A stretch of 63,355 nucleotides of DNA, counting the filler. It is 5 parts of 5 records of this genome, joined end to end, with 100 filler letters (N's around TTAATTAATTAA, not from the genome) between each part and the next. Parts side by side here need not be neighbours in the genome. Positions count along the whole stretch, not along the records: positions 16,219 to 29,487 come from DRR378314_1802; positions 29,588 to 39,204 come from DRR378314_1804; 3 more parts are not named here. One strand, 5' to 3'. Shown here in pieces: positions 20,850-30,695 of the stretch. The first letter of the stretch is position 1, and every line of letters starts with the position of its first letter. The notes under the pieces were generated by a model. It was not told where the DNA came from, ran no database searches, and worked only from the letters and a program-made list of their open reading frames with translations. The translations under genes and the position numbers were made by a program.

Positions 20850-21617
20850 ATGCCGTTCCAGAAAGTTCAGCCGGAAAAGCTCTCTGCCGCCGTGGTGCGC
20901 CAGATCGAGAAGCTGATCCTGCGTGGCATCCTGCGTCCGGGCGAGCGGCTGCCGTCAGAGCGCGAACTGGCCGAACGGCTGGGTGTATCACGCCCCTCGC
21001 TGCGCGACGCGCTGGCAGAGCTGCAGGACCGGGGTTTGCTGGCCAGCCGGGCCGGGTCCGGGGTGTTTGTGGCCGATGTTCTGGGCTCGGCCTTCTCGCC
21101 GGCGCTGATCCAGCTGTTTGCCAGCGACGACGAGGCGGTGTTCGACTATCTCTCCTTCCGTCGCGATCTGGAGGGCATGGCCGCCGAACGGGCCGCCAAA
21201 TTCGGCTCTGATGCCGACCTTGCCGTGATTCAGGAGATTTTCGACAGAATGGAGCAGGCCGGGGATCCCAGCATCTCGGAGGCGGCGGCAGAGCTGGACG
21301 CGCAGTTCCATTCTGCGATTCTGGAGGCCAGCCACAACGTGGTCCTCTTGCACATGATGCGGTCAATGTTCGACATGCTGCGCAAGGGAGTGTTCTACAA
21401 CCGGCGCATCATGTTCGGCGCGCACACCACCTACGAGGCGCTACTGGAGCAACACCGCGCCATCAACACCGCGTTGCAGTCGCGCAATGCTGCGGACGCA
21501 AGGGCGGCGGTGGAGGCACATCTGGACTATGTGAAACAAGCTCTGGACGAACAGATCCGGGCTGAGCGCAACGCCGAAATCGCAGCCCAGCGGCTGGAGC
21601 ATGAACGCAACCGCTGA
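20850..21617 (+). CDS. GntR/FadR-family regulator (PdhR/LldR-like)
   Basis: LPSERELAERLGVSRPSLR wHTH plus FCD domain; start at MPFQKV. Confidence 0.92.
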   Translation: MPFQKVQPEKLSAAVVRQIEKLILRGILRPGERLPSERELAERLGVSRPSLRDALAELQDRGLLASRAGSGVFVADVLGSAFSPALIQLFASDDEAVFDYLSFRRDLEGMAAERAAKFGSDADLAVIQEIFDRMEQAGDPSISEAAAELDAQFHSAILEASHNVVLLHMMRSMFDMLRKGVFYNRRIMFGAHTTYEALLEQHRAINTALQSRNAADARAAVEAHLDYVKQALDEQIRAERNAEIAAQRLEHERNR

Positions 21618-21626
21618 TGCGGCACG

Positions 21627-22439
21627 TCACATGGCGGTGCTGTTGATGAAATCTCGGGTGCTTTGCTTAAGTGCGGCGGTAAAGATCATCTCCGAACTGT
21701 CGATTTCAACCAACCGCCCCTCATCTAGATAGGCCACCCGATCCGCCACCTGGGCTGTTTCCGCTAAAGTGGCCGTCACAATGACAAGGGTATGATCCTG
21801 CTTCAGATCCTGCACGAGTCGGTTCAGCAATTCGAGCTCCATTCGGTCGATCGAACCTGTGGGACGATCCAACAGCAGCATCCCTGGCCGAGTGGCGAGG
21901 CTGCGCGCCACGCAAAGAAGACGTTGCTGATGTATCGGCAACTCCGTGCCGCGCGTCTTGTGCAGTACGTCCCTGAGATCGTCCCATAGCAAACAGCGGC
22001 GCAATGCAGTTTCCACGACCTGTGCCATCGCATCCGGCTCTGTTGCCAGCTGATTCAACCGTGCGCCATAGGCAATATTGTCCCAGATCGACAATGGAAA
22101 CGGATTTGCAGCCTGGGGCACAAACGCCACCTGGCGGCGAAGTGTCGGTAGGTCACATGCCGCGTCAAAAATATCCTGTCCAGCGTGCCTGAATACGCCT
22201 GAGGTCGCGACCCTGCGGTTCTCGTTCAAGAGCCGGCACATGGTTCGCATCAGGACCGTCTTGCCCGCGCCCGCCCGGCCTATGAGACCAAGTACATCAC
22301 CCTTCGGGATATCGAAGGTGAGGTCCTTGAGGAGTGGTGTCCCGCCAACGCAGAGACCAAAGCGTTCGAGCGACATCAGCGCCTGATCCGCAGCTGCATC
22401 CTGCCTGCGTTTCTGGTGGAGTGGCAAACAGTGAAACAT
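21627..22439 (-). CDS. pstB: PstB-like ABC ATP-binding protein with degenerate catalytic motifs
   Basis: PstB hallmarks NPFPLSIWDNIAYG, LWDDLRD, IFT..; Walker A GRAGAGKT; signature, Walker-B Glu and H-loop substituted. Confidence 0.8.
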   Translation of the reverse strand: MFHCLPLHQKRRQDAAADQALMSLERFGLCVGGTPLLKDLTFDIPKGDVLGLIGRAGAGKTVLMRTMCRLLNENRRVATSGVFRHAGQDIFDAACDLPTLRRQVAFVPQAANPFPLSIWDNIAYGARLNQLATEPDAMAQVVETALRRCLLWDDLRDVLHKTRGTELPIHQQRLLCVARSLATRPGMLLLDRPTGSIDRMELELLNRLVQDLKQDHTLVIVTATLAETAQVADRVAYLDEGRLVEIDSSEMIFTAALKQSTRDFINSTAM

Positions 22440-22547
22440 GGGGGCGACGTCCTCGATAATTCTTGCTCAGCACGTCGCACAACAGTGTTAACGGAACACC
22501 CCACCGCAGACCTATGTCATCAAAACTTCACACAGGGCAAAACAAAG

Positions 22548-22576
22548 AAAGCCCCGGCGTTTCCACCGGGGCTTTT
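22548..22576 (-). terminator. Intrinsic terminator of the F0 operon
   Basis: AAAGCCCCGG-cgtttcca-CCGGGGCTTTT. Confidence 0.85.
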
Positions 22577-22599
22577 ATCGGGTTTGAAGCAATCCCTGC

Positions 22600-23157
22600 T
22601 TAGTGCAGTTTTGCATTCACGTCCAGAATGGCCGCGTCGATCAGCTTGTTGGCTTCCGCCGCCGTCATCTGCTTTGCGATCACCTGATCGGCAACCTCGA
22701 CAGCAATGGTGATGGCGCGATCACGCACTTCCTTCACCGCAGAGGCTTGGGCAGATACGATCTGCTCTTCGGCAGCGGCCATGCGGTTCGCGATGGAAGC
22801 GGCAAGATCCGCTTTCGCCTGCTCAGCCGCTGCTGCGGCTTCGTCGCGGGCGTTGGACACGATGCGGTCAGCCTGAGCTTGAACATCCTGCTGCTTGCGT
22901 TCGTAGGAGGCCAGAAGGGTCTGGGCCTCTTCACGCAGGGCGCGGGCTTCTTCCAGTTCCGACTTGATGCTGTCCGCACGTCCGTCGAGCTGCTTGCCGA
23001 TCAAGGACGGCACATTGGCAGCGAGCAGAATGCCAATGAACAGCAGAAAGGCGAGTACGACAACAAAATCGGTGTTGCCGAGGTTCCAGCCACCACCCGC
23101 CGCAAACGCGGGGGACGCGGACGCGAGGGTCAGAGCGAGTGCGAGAGTTGTGCGCAT
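22600..23157 (-). CDS. atpF: F0F1 ATP synthase subunit b
   Basis: NTDFVV..FLLF TM, ELEEARALREEAQ; start at MRTTLAL. Confidence 0.95.
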   Translation of the reverse strand: MRTTLALALTLASASPAFAAGGGWNLGNTDFVVVLAFLLFIGILLAANVPSLIGKQLDGRADSIKSELEEARALREEAQTLLASYERKQQDVQAQADRIVSNARDEAAAAAEQAKADLAASIANRMAAAEEQIVSAQASAVKEVRDRAITIAVEVADQVIAKQMTAAEANKLIDAAILDVNAKLH

Positions 23158-23161
23158 GATC

Positions 23162-23707
23162 TTAGCCCTCCGTCCGTTTGGCGACTGCAGCCGCGATTGT
23201 GTCGGTATCGTCCTTGCCACCCAGTGCTGCAACCAGCGCAGAGGCGGTGTCGGACGCAACGATCTTGACGTTATCCAACGCAGTTGCGCGGATCTCGGCA
23301 ATGGCCTTCTCGGATTCTTCTGCCTTGGCAGCAATTTCCGCGTCGGCCTTGGCGATCGCCTCGTCGACTCCGACCTGAATTTCCGCACGAGTTTCAGCGA
23401 CGATGCGCTGTGCCTCGGAGCGGGCGTCAGCCAGAGCCTTGTTATAAGCGTTTTCGGCCTCAACTGCCTTGGCTTTGAGATCTTCAGCCGCGGCGAGGTC
23501 GTTGGTGATGGTGCCCTGACGTTCGTTCAAGATGCCCGCAATGCGAGGCAGCGCGACGCGCGACAGGATCAGATAGATCACGACAAGCGTGACCAGAAGC
23601 CAGAAGATCTGGTTTCCGTAGGTCGAGAAGTCCAGCTGCGGCATGCCGGAAGACCCGTGCGCCGCGTCGGCAGCTCCATGACCTGCGTCATGCGTAGTAG
23701 TTGCCAT
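23162..23707 (-). CDS. atpF2: F0F1 ATP synthase subunit b'
   Basis: [22 protein letters not shown]. Confidence 0.95.
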   Translation of the reverse strand: MATTTHDAGHGAADAAHGSSGMPQLDFSTYGNQIFWLLVTLVVIYLILSRVALPRIAGILNERQGTITNDLAAAEDLKAKAVEAENAYNKALADARSEAQRIVAETRAEIQVGVDEAIAKADAEIAAKAEESEKAIAEIRATALDNVKIVASDTASALVAALGGKDDTDTIAAAVAKRTEG

Positions 23708-23793
23708 GTCGTCCTCCTATGGAACTTGCCGTTACACCGGGCGGGGCGCGGTTGGCACTCCGCCCGGCCGTAAGGAAAAAGTGTTCCGGAGTC

Positions 23794-24018
23794 TTAGACG
23801 GCGAACATCAGCAGCAGAGCGACCAGGAACGAGAAGATGCCCAGAGCTTCTGCAAATGCGATGCCGATGAAGAGAGTAGCAGTCTGCGAAGCAGCTGCGG
23901 AGGGGTTGCGCAGTGCGCCTGCCAGGAAGTTGGCTGCAACGTTGCCAACACCCAGAGCTGCAATGCCAGTACCCATGCCAGCCAGGCCAGCGCCGATGTA
24001 TGCGAGATCGCCTTCCAT
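23794..24018 (-). CDS. atpE: F0F1 ATP synthase subunit c
   Basis: IGAGLA, RNP loop, FAEALGIF. Confidence 0.98.
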   Translation of the reverse strand: MEGDLAYIGAGLAGMGTGIAALGVGNVAANFLAGALRNPSAAASQTATLFIGIAFAEALGIFSFLVALLLMFAV

Positions 24019-24076
24019 GATAGTATCTCCTTACGATTGGAAGTTGCGGTAGTAGTTCAGACCAGCACGCGGCCCC

Positions 24077-24880
24077 TTAGTGGGACGGGTGCAGCGCGTC
24101 TTTCAGATAGACACAGGTCAGAATGGTGAACACGTAGGCCTGGATGAAGGCCACGAGAACCTCGAGTGCGTAGAACGCGGTGATGGCAAAGATCGGCAGG
24201 AAGGAGGCCGCGCCCAACGCGCCGGCAAATCCTGCGAACACCTTCAGAACCGCGTGTCCCGCCATCACGTTGCCTGCAAGTCGAATGCAGAGGCTGACGG
24301 GGCGCACGAAGTAGGAAATCACTTCGATCAGGGCGAGGACCGGACGCAGCGCCAGCGGAGCGGAGCTGACCCAGAACAGGCCGAGAAACTTGACACCATG
24401 CAGCACGAAGCCGGTGATGGTGATCGCTACGAAGACCACGACCGCCAGCAGGCCGGTGACGGCGAAATGCGACGTTGTGGTAAAGGACATCGGGATCAGG
24501 CCAAGGAAGTTGGCGGTCACGATGAACATGAACAATGTGATGATGTAGGGGAAGAACTTCACCGCGTCCTTGCCGGCGACGTCTTCGACCATCTTGTAGA
24601 TGAAGCCGTAAGCCAGTTCAGCAACCGATTGAGCGCGCGACGGCACGATGCCACGGTTGGCAGAGCCGAACACCAGCAGTGCGAAGACTGCAACCACGGC
24701 GAAGAACATCCACAGGGTCACGTTGGTCGGCGTGTACCACGCGATGTGGTCGCCGCCAAACAGCGGCGTCACGGTGAACTGATCCATCGGGTGGATGGCC
24801 AGGCCCGCGGTTTCAGGTGCAAACAACACACCCGATACGAGCACCAGAGCCAAAGCTACGTAAAAGAACAGTTTGCCCAT
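24077..24880 (-). CDS. atpB: F0F1 ATP synthase subunit a
   Basis: [23 protein letters not shown]; start at MGKLFF. Confidence 0.97.
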   Translation of the reverse strand: MGKLFFYVALALVLVSGVLFAPETAGLAIHPMDQFTVTPLFGGDHIAWYTPTNVTLWMFFAVVAVFALLVFGSANRGIVPSRAQSVAELAYGFIYKMVEDVAGKDAVKFFPYIITLFMFIVTANFLGLIPMSFTTTSHFAVTGLLAVVVFVAITITGFVLHGVKFLGLFWVSSAPLALRPVLALIEVISYFVRPVSLCIRLAGNVMAGHAVLKVFAGFAGALGAASFLPIFAITAFYALEVLVAFIQAYVFTILTCVYLKDALHPSH

Positions 24881-24918
24881 CGTTCCGCTTCTCCTGTCGC
24901 CGGACTGGCGCCCGACAT

Positions 24919-25260
24919 TCATACGTCTTTATCAGCGTCGGCGTGTTTCTCCGCCTCGGCCATTTGCTTGTCTTGGATCTCGCGTGCGCTGCGGAGCATT
25001 ACCTTCACCCCGGCGGCCAGACCCAACATTATAAACAGCACCATGAAGAGGGGCATGGTTCCAAACAGAACGTCCAACCCGTATCCGATGCCGAGGCCGA
25101 TCACGAGACCGGCCACCAATTCCGTCACCATCCGCCAGGCCTGATTGGCCATGGAATAGTGTTCATCCGCACGGGGCTCTGGCTCTTCATGCGCCTGTTT
25201 GGCAGCGGCCAGTTTTGCCTCCAGCTGCGCCATGCGCTGCTTTTGGTCATCGTCAATCAA
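24919..25260 (-). CDS. atpI: ATP synthase protein I (AtpZ/AtpI)
   Basis: [11 protein letters not shown]...GYGLD; probable TTG start after GAGG. Confidence 0.9.
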   Translation of the reverse strand: MIDDDQKQRMAQLEAKLAAAKQAHEEPEPRADEHYSMANQAWRMVTELVAGLVIGLGIGYGLDVLFGTMPLFMVLFIMLGLAAGVKVMLRSAREIQDKQMAEAEKHADADKDV

Positions 25261-25290
25261 CAGACGGTTCCTCACGCGAAATCTGATGTG

Positions 25291-25319
25291 TTGCTAAGCG
25301 GTCCCCCGCTCAGAGTCAA
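25291..25319 (-). promoter_or_regulatory. Sigma70-type promoter of the F0 operon
   Basis: TTGACT-N17-TAGCAA on the minus strand just upstream of atpI. Confidence 0.6.
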
Positions 25320-25468
25320 TTGCACAATGAGCGTCACACTCGCCATATATTTCTATTAATAATCAGACTCTTATACAAATCCTACCAAGACCCGCATCGC
25401 CTCAGCGACAGCGATTTGGCGTCAAATGGCGCAGAACGCCATATTCAACCAAACGGTTGATCTTGAGA

Positions 25469-26356
25469 TCAGGCAGGCAGCGGACGGCGCCGGAACAACC
25501 GCCCGTCGATCAAAAGCAGCCCGAAGAGGATCGCCGCCAGCCCCATCAGATGACTGAGCGCCAGCGGCTCTCCCAACACCAGGACCCCCAGCGTCAACGC
25601 GGAGGTCGGAGCGATCAACGTCGGCAACGTGATGTTGGTCGGTCCCACGCGTGGCAGCACCCAATACATCGCGATAAAGGCCGCAGAGGTCAGCGCAAAT
25701 CCGATGATGGCCAGCGCGCCCCATGCCTGAGCGCTCAGGGCACCTGGCAGGCCTTCGCTCCAGATCGCAAGCGGCAGAATGAAGACTGTCGCCCCGGACA
25801 GGGCCCAGGCAACCAGCACCACTGCTTCCATGTCGCGAAACTGGCGGGCGACATTGACAGAAAAGGCATAGCACAGCGGTGCACCCAGCGTCACCAGAAC
25901 CGCCCAGATGGCCGATGGCTCACCGCTTTGCAGGATGGGGAGCGACAGGATCACGATCCCGGCAAGCCCCGCCCCAACGCCGAGGCTCTTGCGCCAGCTG
26001 GCGCGCTCGCCGCCCGGCCAGAAATGGGTCACCACCACCGCCAGCGCCGGCGTGCTCGCATTGACGATACCGGCAACGCCGCTGGCGATATGCTGCTGTC
26101 CGATGGCATAGAATGAGAACGGGATCGCATAGCTCAGCGCGCCAAACCCCGCGAGCGCCAGCGCCCGCGACATCGGGATGCGCCAGCGGCGGCCGCGCGC
26201 CAGAAGGAAGGCCCAGCACCCCAGCGCCCCGAGGCCAACCCGCCCGGTCGAGATCCACAGCGGATCCAATTCGCGCAGCAGCACAGCGTTGAACATGAAC
26301 GACATGCCCCAGCCGATGCCGAGAATGACAATAATCGCCCAATCGCGCAGCGCCAT
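25469..26356 (-). CDS. DMT/EamA-family transporter
   Basis: About 10 TM segments in two EamA repeats; LGEPL. Confidence 0.9.
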   Translation of the reverse strand: MALRDWAIIVILGIGWGMSFMFNAVLLRELDPLWISTGRVGLGALGCWAFLLARGRRWRIPMSRALALAGFGALSYAIPFSFYAIGQQHIASGVAGIVNASTPALAVVVTHFWPGGERASWRKSLGVGAGLAGIVILSLPILQSGEPSAIWAVLVTLGAPLCYAFSVNVARQFRDMEAVVLVAWALSGATVFILPLAIWSEGLPGALSAQAWGALAIIGFALTSAAFIAMYWVLPRVGPTNITLPTLIAPTSALTLGVLVLGEPLALSHLMGLAAILFGLLLIDGRLFRRRPLPA

Positions 26357-26443
26357 GGTGGTCTCCCAGTATTTCTGTGCGAGAGTTCTGCGCGCACGCT
26401 TCGGGATTGTCGACCCGCATCCTGCACTTTAGGAGGTATCTGC

Positions 26444-26785
26444 ATGAGCGACACCCTTGATACAGTCTTTGCGGCCCTCGCGGATCCGACCCGACGGGCG
26501 ATCCTGTCGATGCTGCTGGAGGACGACATGGCCGTCACCGATGTAGCGGAACCGTTCGAGATGTCGCTGGCAGCGATTTCCAAGCATCTCACCATCCTCA
26601 CCCGCGCCGGTCTGATCGCGCAGGAGAAACGCGGGCGGGTGAAATGGTGCAAGCTGCAGCCCGACGCCCTGCGCAACGCCTCCGTATGGATGCAGGGGTT
26701 TGGTCAGTTCGAGCCGGTGAACCTTGATGCCTTTGAACGGTTTCTGGAGACCGAGCTGGCACCGCCGCAGTCCGACGAGGCCTGA
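26444..26785 (+). CDS. ArsR-family regulator
   Basis: FAALADPTRR, ISKHL, KRGR; AGGAGG RBS. Confidence 0.92.
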   Translation: MSDTLDTVFAALADPTRRAILSMLLEDDMAVTDVAEPFEMSLAAISKHLTILTRAGLIAQEKRGRVKWCKLQPDALRNASVWMQGFGQFEPVNLDAFERFLETELAPPQSDEA

Positions 26786-26827
26786 CCTCTGCTGGACCTG
26801 CGAGCAGCTACGGCGCCGCAATGACGC

Positions 26828-27754
26828 CTAGTGTCGTCCCTCATCCTTGAGCAACAGCCAGAGCGCCACGATGGTCAGCGCGATGCCCACGAGGATGAAC
26901 CCCGAGGGCCAGCCCTTGCCCAGCGCCATTTCCCACAGGATCACCCATGTGGGCACCAGATAGGTATAGGCCATGACCTTGGCCGAGGGCAGCCGCAGGG
27001 TGGAGAACTGCAGCAGCACAAAGGTCAACGCCGAGGCGCAGAACGACAGGTAGAAGAGTCCGACCCAGACGATGGGTTTCAGCCCAGCCCAATCCGTGGC
27101 CCGAAGGTCGCGCCAGCCAAAGATGATCAACACCAGTGCGCCCGCCACCAGCATGCCAAAAGTGAAGACCAGCGCCGGCTCACCCCGATTCAGCTTGCGC
27201 ACCAGCGGCGTATAAAGCGCATGCGCCATACAACCCCAGAAATAGATCATCTCTCCCTGGCCGATCTCAAACGCCATGAGGGCGGACAGATCCGCGCGAA
27301 AGATCACCCAGAGCGCCCCTGCCCCACCAATGGCCAATGCCAGGGCCATCCGTGGCGTCGTGACCTGCCGCAGCAACAGCCAGCCAAAGACGCCGCTCAT
27401 CGCGGGTGTGAGGGTGAAAACCGCCGCCGCGCTGACCGGTGCTGCGGTCTTCAGCCCGTAGAACATCAGCACGAAGTAGATCGCAAAGACCCCGCCCAGC
27501 AGCAAATAGCGCCAGGGCGCCTCAAAATGCGCACGTCGCAACCCCGGCCCCAACGCTGCAGCCGCACCGATCAGCGCGCCTGCCAGTACAAACCGAACTG
27601 CGTTGATTGCTGCCGGGGTGATTTCATTCGCCACCATTGAACCCAGCGAGAAGGACCCCGCCACCAGCGCCGAGAAGGCAAGCATCGCCAGATGGCCCTT
27701 GTGCCCGTCGCTCAACGCCGGGCGTTCGGGCAGCGAGTTGCTGTTCATGCTCAT
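26828..27754 (-). CDS. DMT/EamA-family transporter
   Basis: About 10 TM segments; 1-nt overlap with the LysR stop. Confidence 0.9.
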   Translation of the reverse strand: MSMNSNSLPERPALSDGHKGHLAMLAFSALVAGSFSLGSMVANEITPAAINAVRFVLAGALIGAAAALGPGLRRAHFEAPWRYLLLGGVFAIYFVLMFYGLKTAAPVSAAAVFTLTPAMSGVFGWLLLRQVTTPRMALALAIGGAGALWVIFRADLSALMAFEIGQGEMIYFWGCMAHALYTPLVRKLNRGEPALVFTFGMLVAGALVLIIFGWRDLRATDWAGLKPIVWVGLFYLSFCASALTFVLLQFSTLRLPSAKVMAYTYLVPTWVILWEMALGKGWPSGFILVGIALTIVALWLLLKDEGRH

Positions 27755-28632
27755 TACTGCGGCCAGCCCTTGGCGTGTTCCTTCAAGAAGCGCACGAAGC
27801 TCTGCACCTTGTTGGTGCGGTGCAGATCCACATGGGTCACCAGCCAGATCTTGCCCGACCAGTCATCGCGCGGATCCATCATCATCACCAGGTCGGGGCT
27901 GTTGGCCGCTTCCCACAGCGAGATGAACCCGATGCCCGCCCCGGCGCGGATCGCCTTGTGCCCCGCAACAGCGTCGGAGCAGCGGAACACGATGTTCTCG
28001 GCCGGAATGGTGGCGCGCAGCCAGCGTTCAAACGGCGCGCGGGTGTTTTCATTGTCACTGGCGACAAAGCGGTGGTTCACCATGTCATCCTGCCCCTGCA
28101 ACATGCCGTGGCGTTCCACGTAGTCGCGCGATGCATAGAGCGCGAGGCGCTGACCGACAAAGGGCTGCACCACATTGTCTGGCTGCTCCGGCGCGGCACC
28201 GGCGCGCAGGGCCACATGGGCCTCGCCATACTCCAGACGGAACAGGCGGTCGCCGGTCAGGTAGCGGATCACCAGATCCGGATGCATCTGCTGGAATTCA
28301 GTCAGCGCCGGGGCCAGCATCGGCGCCATGGACGACAGGGAGGTCACCACCAATTCGCCCGAAACCTCGTCACCCTGCCCTTTCAGACGTCCGACCAACT
28401 GGCTGAACTGGTCATCGGTGGTCTGCGCCACCCGCAACAGATCCAACCCCGCTTCGGTCGGCGTGTAACCCCGCGCGTGGCGCTGAAACAGTTTCACCCC
28501 CAGCCGCGTCTCGATCGCATCGATATGACGGATCACCGTCGCATGATGCACTCCCAGAACCTCGGCCGCGCCACTCACAGTTCCCAGCCGCGCAACCTGA
28601 TAGGCGGTGCGCACTTCATCCCAATTTTCCAA
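27754..28632 (-). CDS. LysR-family regulator
   Basis: TTG start (MENWDEVR) after GGGGAG; GTVSGAAEVLGVHHATVIRHI HTH. Confidence 0.92.
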   Translation of the reverse strand: MENWDEVRTAYQVARLGTVSGAAEVLGVHHATVIRHIDAIETRLGVKLFQRHARGYTPTEAGLDLLRVAQTTDDQFSQLVGRLKGQGDEVSGELVVTSLSSMAPMLAPALTEFQQMHPDLVIRYLTGDRLFRLEYGEAHVALRAGAAPEQPDNVVQPFVGQRLALYASRDYVERHGMLQGQDDMVNHRFVASDNENTRAPFERWLRATIPAENIVFRCSDAVAGHKAIRAGAGIGFISLWEAANSPDLVMMMDPRDDWSGKIWLVTHVDLHRTNKVQSFVRFLKEHAKGWPQ

Positions 28633-28778
28633 CCTGCTCCCCAGTTCAGAAACATGCCTCTGAAAACCTGCGCAAATGCGCACAGATCATGTTGAATATC
28701 TCAAATTGTGTTCGCATTTGTAAATACCCATTCTCCGGTTCAGTAGATTGATATCGCCCCTACGAGGACTCAAAGACA

Positions 28779-29360
28779 ATGACCCAGACCGTTCTTCATA
28801 TCGACAGCTCCGCCCGCCTTTCCGGCTCCGTTTCCCGCGACCTGACAGCTCAGGTCGTCGAGCGTCTCGGCGCAAAAGAGGTGATCCGTCGCGACCTGGC
28901 CACGCCGCTGCCCCTGCTGGATGAGGCCTGGATTGGTGCAAACTTCACACCCGCAGACCAGCGATCCGACGATCAGAAGGCGACACTGGCGCTGTCTGAC
29001 GCGTTGGTCGCCGAGCTGGAGCGCGTTGACACCGTGGTGATTGGCGCGCCGGTCTACAATTTCACCGTGCCCACCACGCTCAAAGCCTGGATTGATCTGG
29101 TCGCACGTGTGGGCAAGACCTTCCAATACACCGAGGCGGGCCCCGAAGGACTGCTGAAAGGCAAGCGCGCCATCGTCGTGATCGCTTCCGGTGGCACTGA
29201 GGCAGGGTCGGACATCGACTACGCGAGCCGCTACCTGCAGCACATGTTGGGATTCATCGGCATCACCGACATCGAACTCGTGGCCGCCGACCAGCAGGCG
29301 CTGGACGCAGAAGGCTCCGTTCAAAAAGCAAAGGACGCCATCGCCCAACTGGCGGCCTGA
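28779..29360 (+). CDS. azoR: FMN-dependent NADH-azoreductase
   Basis: HIDSSAR..SVSR, PVYNF, LKAWID, GKTFQYT.GPEGL. Confidence 0.92.
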   Translation: MTQTVLHIDSSARLSGSVSRDLTAQVVERLGAKEVIRRDLATPLPLLDEAWIGANFTPADQRSDDQKATLALSDALVAELERVDTVVIGAPVYNFTVPTTLKAWIDLVARVGKTFQYTEAGPEGLLKGKRAIVVIASGGTEAGSDIDYASRYLQHMLGFIGITDIELVAADQQALDAEGSVQKAKDAIAQLAA

Positions 29361-29487
29361 CGTTTGACCTGATTGGTGTCCTGATACCACACCCTTCCAT
29401 TCAGTACGGGCGGGGGCTCTCCCGCCCGGTCATCGGTCAGCCACCGGCTGCCCAAGACCCGTTGGGCCCGGCAGGCCGCGCCGAAGG

Positions 29488-29587
29488 NNNNNNNNNNNNN
29501 NNNNNNNNNNNNNNNNNNNNNNNNNNNNNNNTTAATTAATTAANNNNNNNNNNNNNNNNNNNNNNNNNNNNNNNNNNNNNNNNNNNN
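29488..29587. other. Artificial contig spacer
   Basis: 44 N + TTAATTAATTAA + 44 N. Confidence 0.99.
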
Positions 29588-29618
29588 TGCTTGTTTGCTT
29601 GTTTGCTTGTTTGTTTGC
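29588..29618. repeat. (TGCTTGTT)n simple repeat at contig edge, intronic
   Basis: tgcttgtttgcttgtttgcttgtttgtttgc. Confidence 0.8.
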
Positions 29619-29681
29619 TTTTGTAACAATACTGATCTTTTTTTCGTTGGACTCTTTGCAACACGTTCACTTCGCTTACAG

Positions 29682-30695
29682 TCGGTACAGAATACAAAGT
29701 ACGCGCGATCGCTCGTTGGGACCGACGAGTATCTTGCTCCGGAAATGATCAAGGGCGAGCCGTACGACACGAGCGTGGACTGGTGGTCCCTTGGAGTCCT
29801 TGCGTATGATCTATTGTGCGGTGAACCGCCTTTTCGGCACAATAACCGAAATAAGCTGAAGGAGAAAATTGTGACGGGCAAATATTTTACGCCCCAGTAC
29901 CTCAGTCGCGATGCGCGGTCATTGATACGCGGTCTCCTGCAAAACGATCCCGCGAAGCGCCTCGGCAGCGGCGAAGGTGGCGCCGAAGAGATCAAGAAGC
30001 ATCCGTTCTTCCGACAAGTGCGGTGGGACGCTGTGGAGCAAAGGGTACGTCCGGCTCCTCAGACGTGCTAACTCACGTGCAGGCAGGGCGTTGACGAGCA
30101 AATCGCGTGCTTTTGCCTCTCGGCAACTTTGCGGAAAGGGACGCGCACGAGAGACACGATGCTCGTAGCGCCATAGCGGCAGCAAGAAAGTCGCTCACCG
30201 CTGCTGATGACGCCGCGCCGCGCCCAAGAGCGCACGTATCCCTGTTCCTACAGTCTCGCACAGCCAACCAACCTTGACGCCTCCCGCTACGTGATTCGTA
30301 AAATCCGTGTATTGTGCCTCCTGGAAACTGATTGTTTCCACGTTTGCCTCCTTCCCGATGAGAAGACTACAAGTGCTCCACAGTGGGAATCATGTTGCTC
30401 GCCTGTGCGTGCGCTTCGTCGCCCATGGCATTGCCCACGTCATACTAACTTCCTGTGCTGCTTTGCGCCGTTTCTTGTTTCTTCCTATGGCGATTCTGTG
30501 CCAAAGGCGCTCGATCCGCCGTTTTGCCCTCACGTAGCAGATGGGGATATTGATGTGTCGCAGTTCGATTCCAAGTACACGGATATGACTCCACTCATCA
30601 CGCCGCCGACGTCGTCGTTCCAACTCAGGGAGAGCTTTGAACGCGCGTTTGAAGGTTTCACCTACGAAGGTCCCGGTTTCAAAGAAAAGGAATGA
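29682..30695 (+). CDS. Eukaryotic AGC kinase (S6K-like), last two exons 29682-30044 and 30507-30695; 5' part missing
   Basis: VGTDEYLAPE, DWWSLG, KRLG, HPFF; phase-0 GT..AG intron 30045-30506; PPF, turn motif and hydrophobic motif FEGFTY. Confidence 0.88.
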
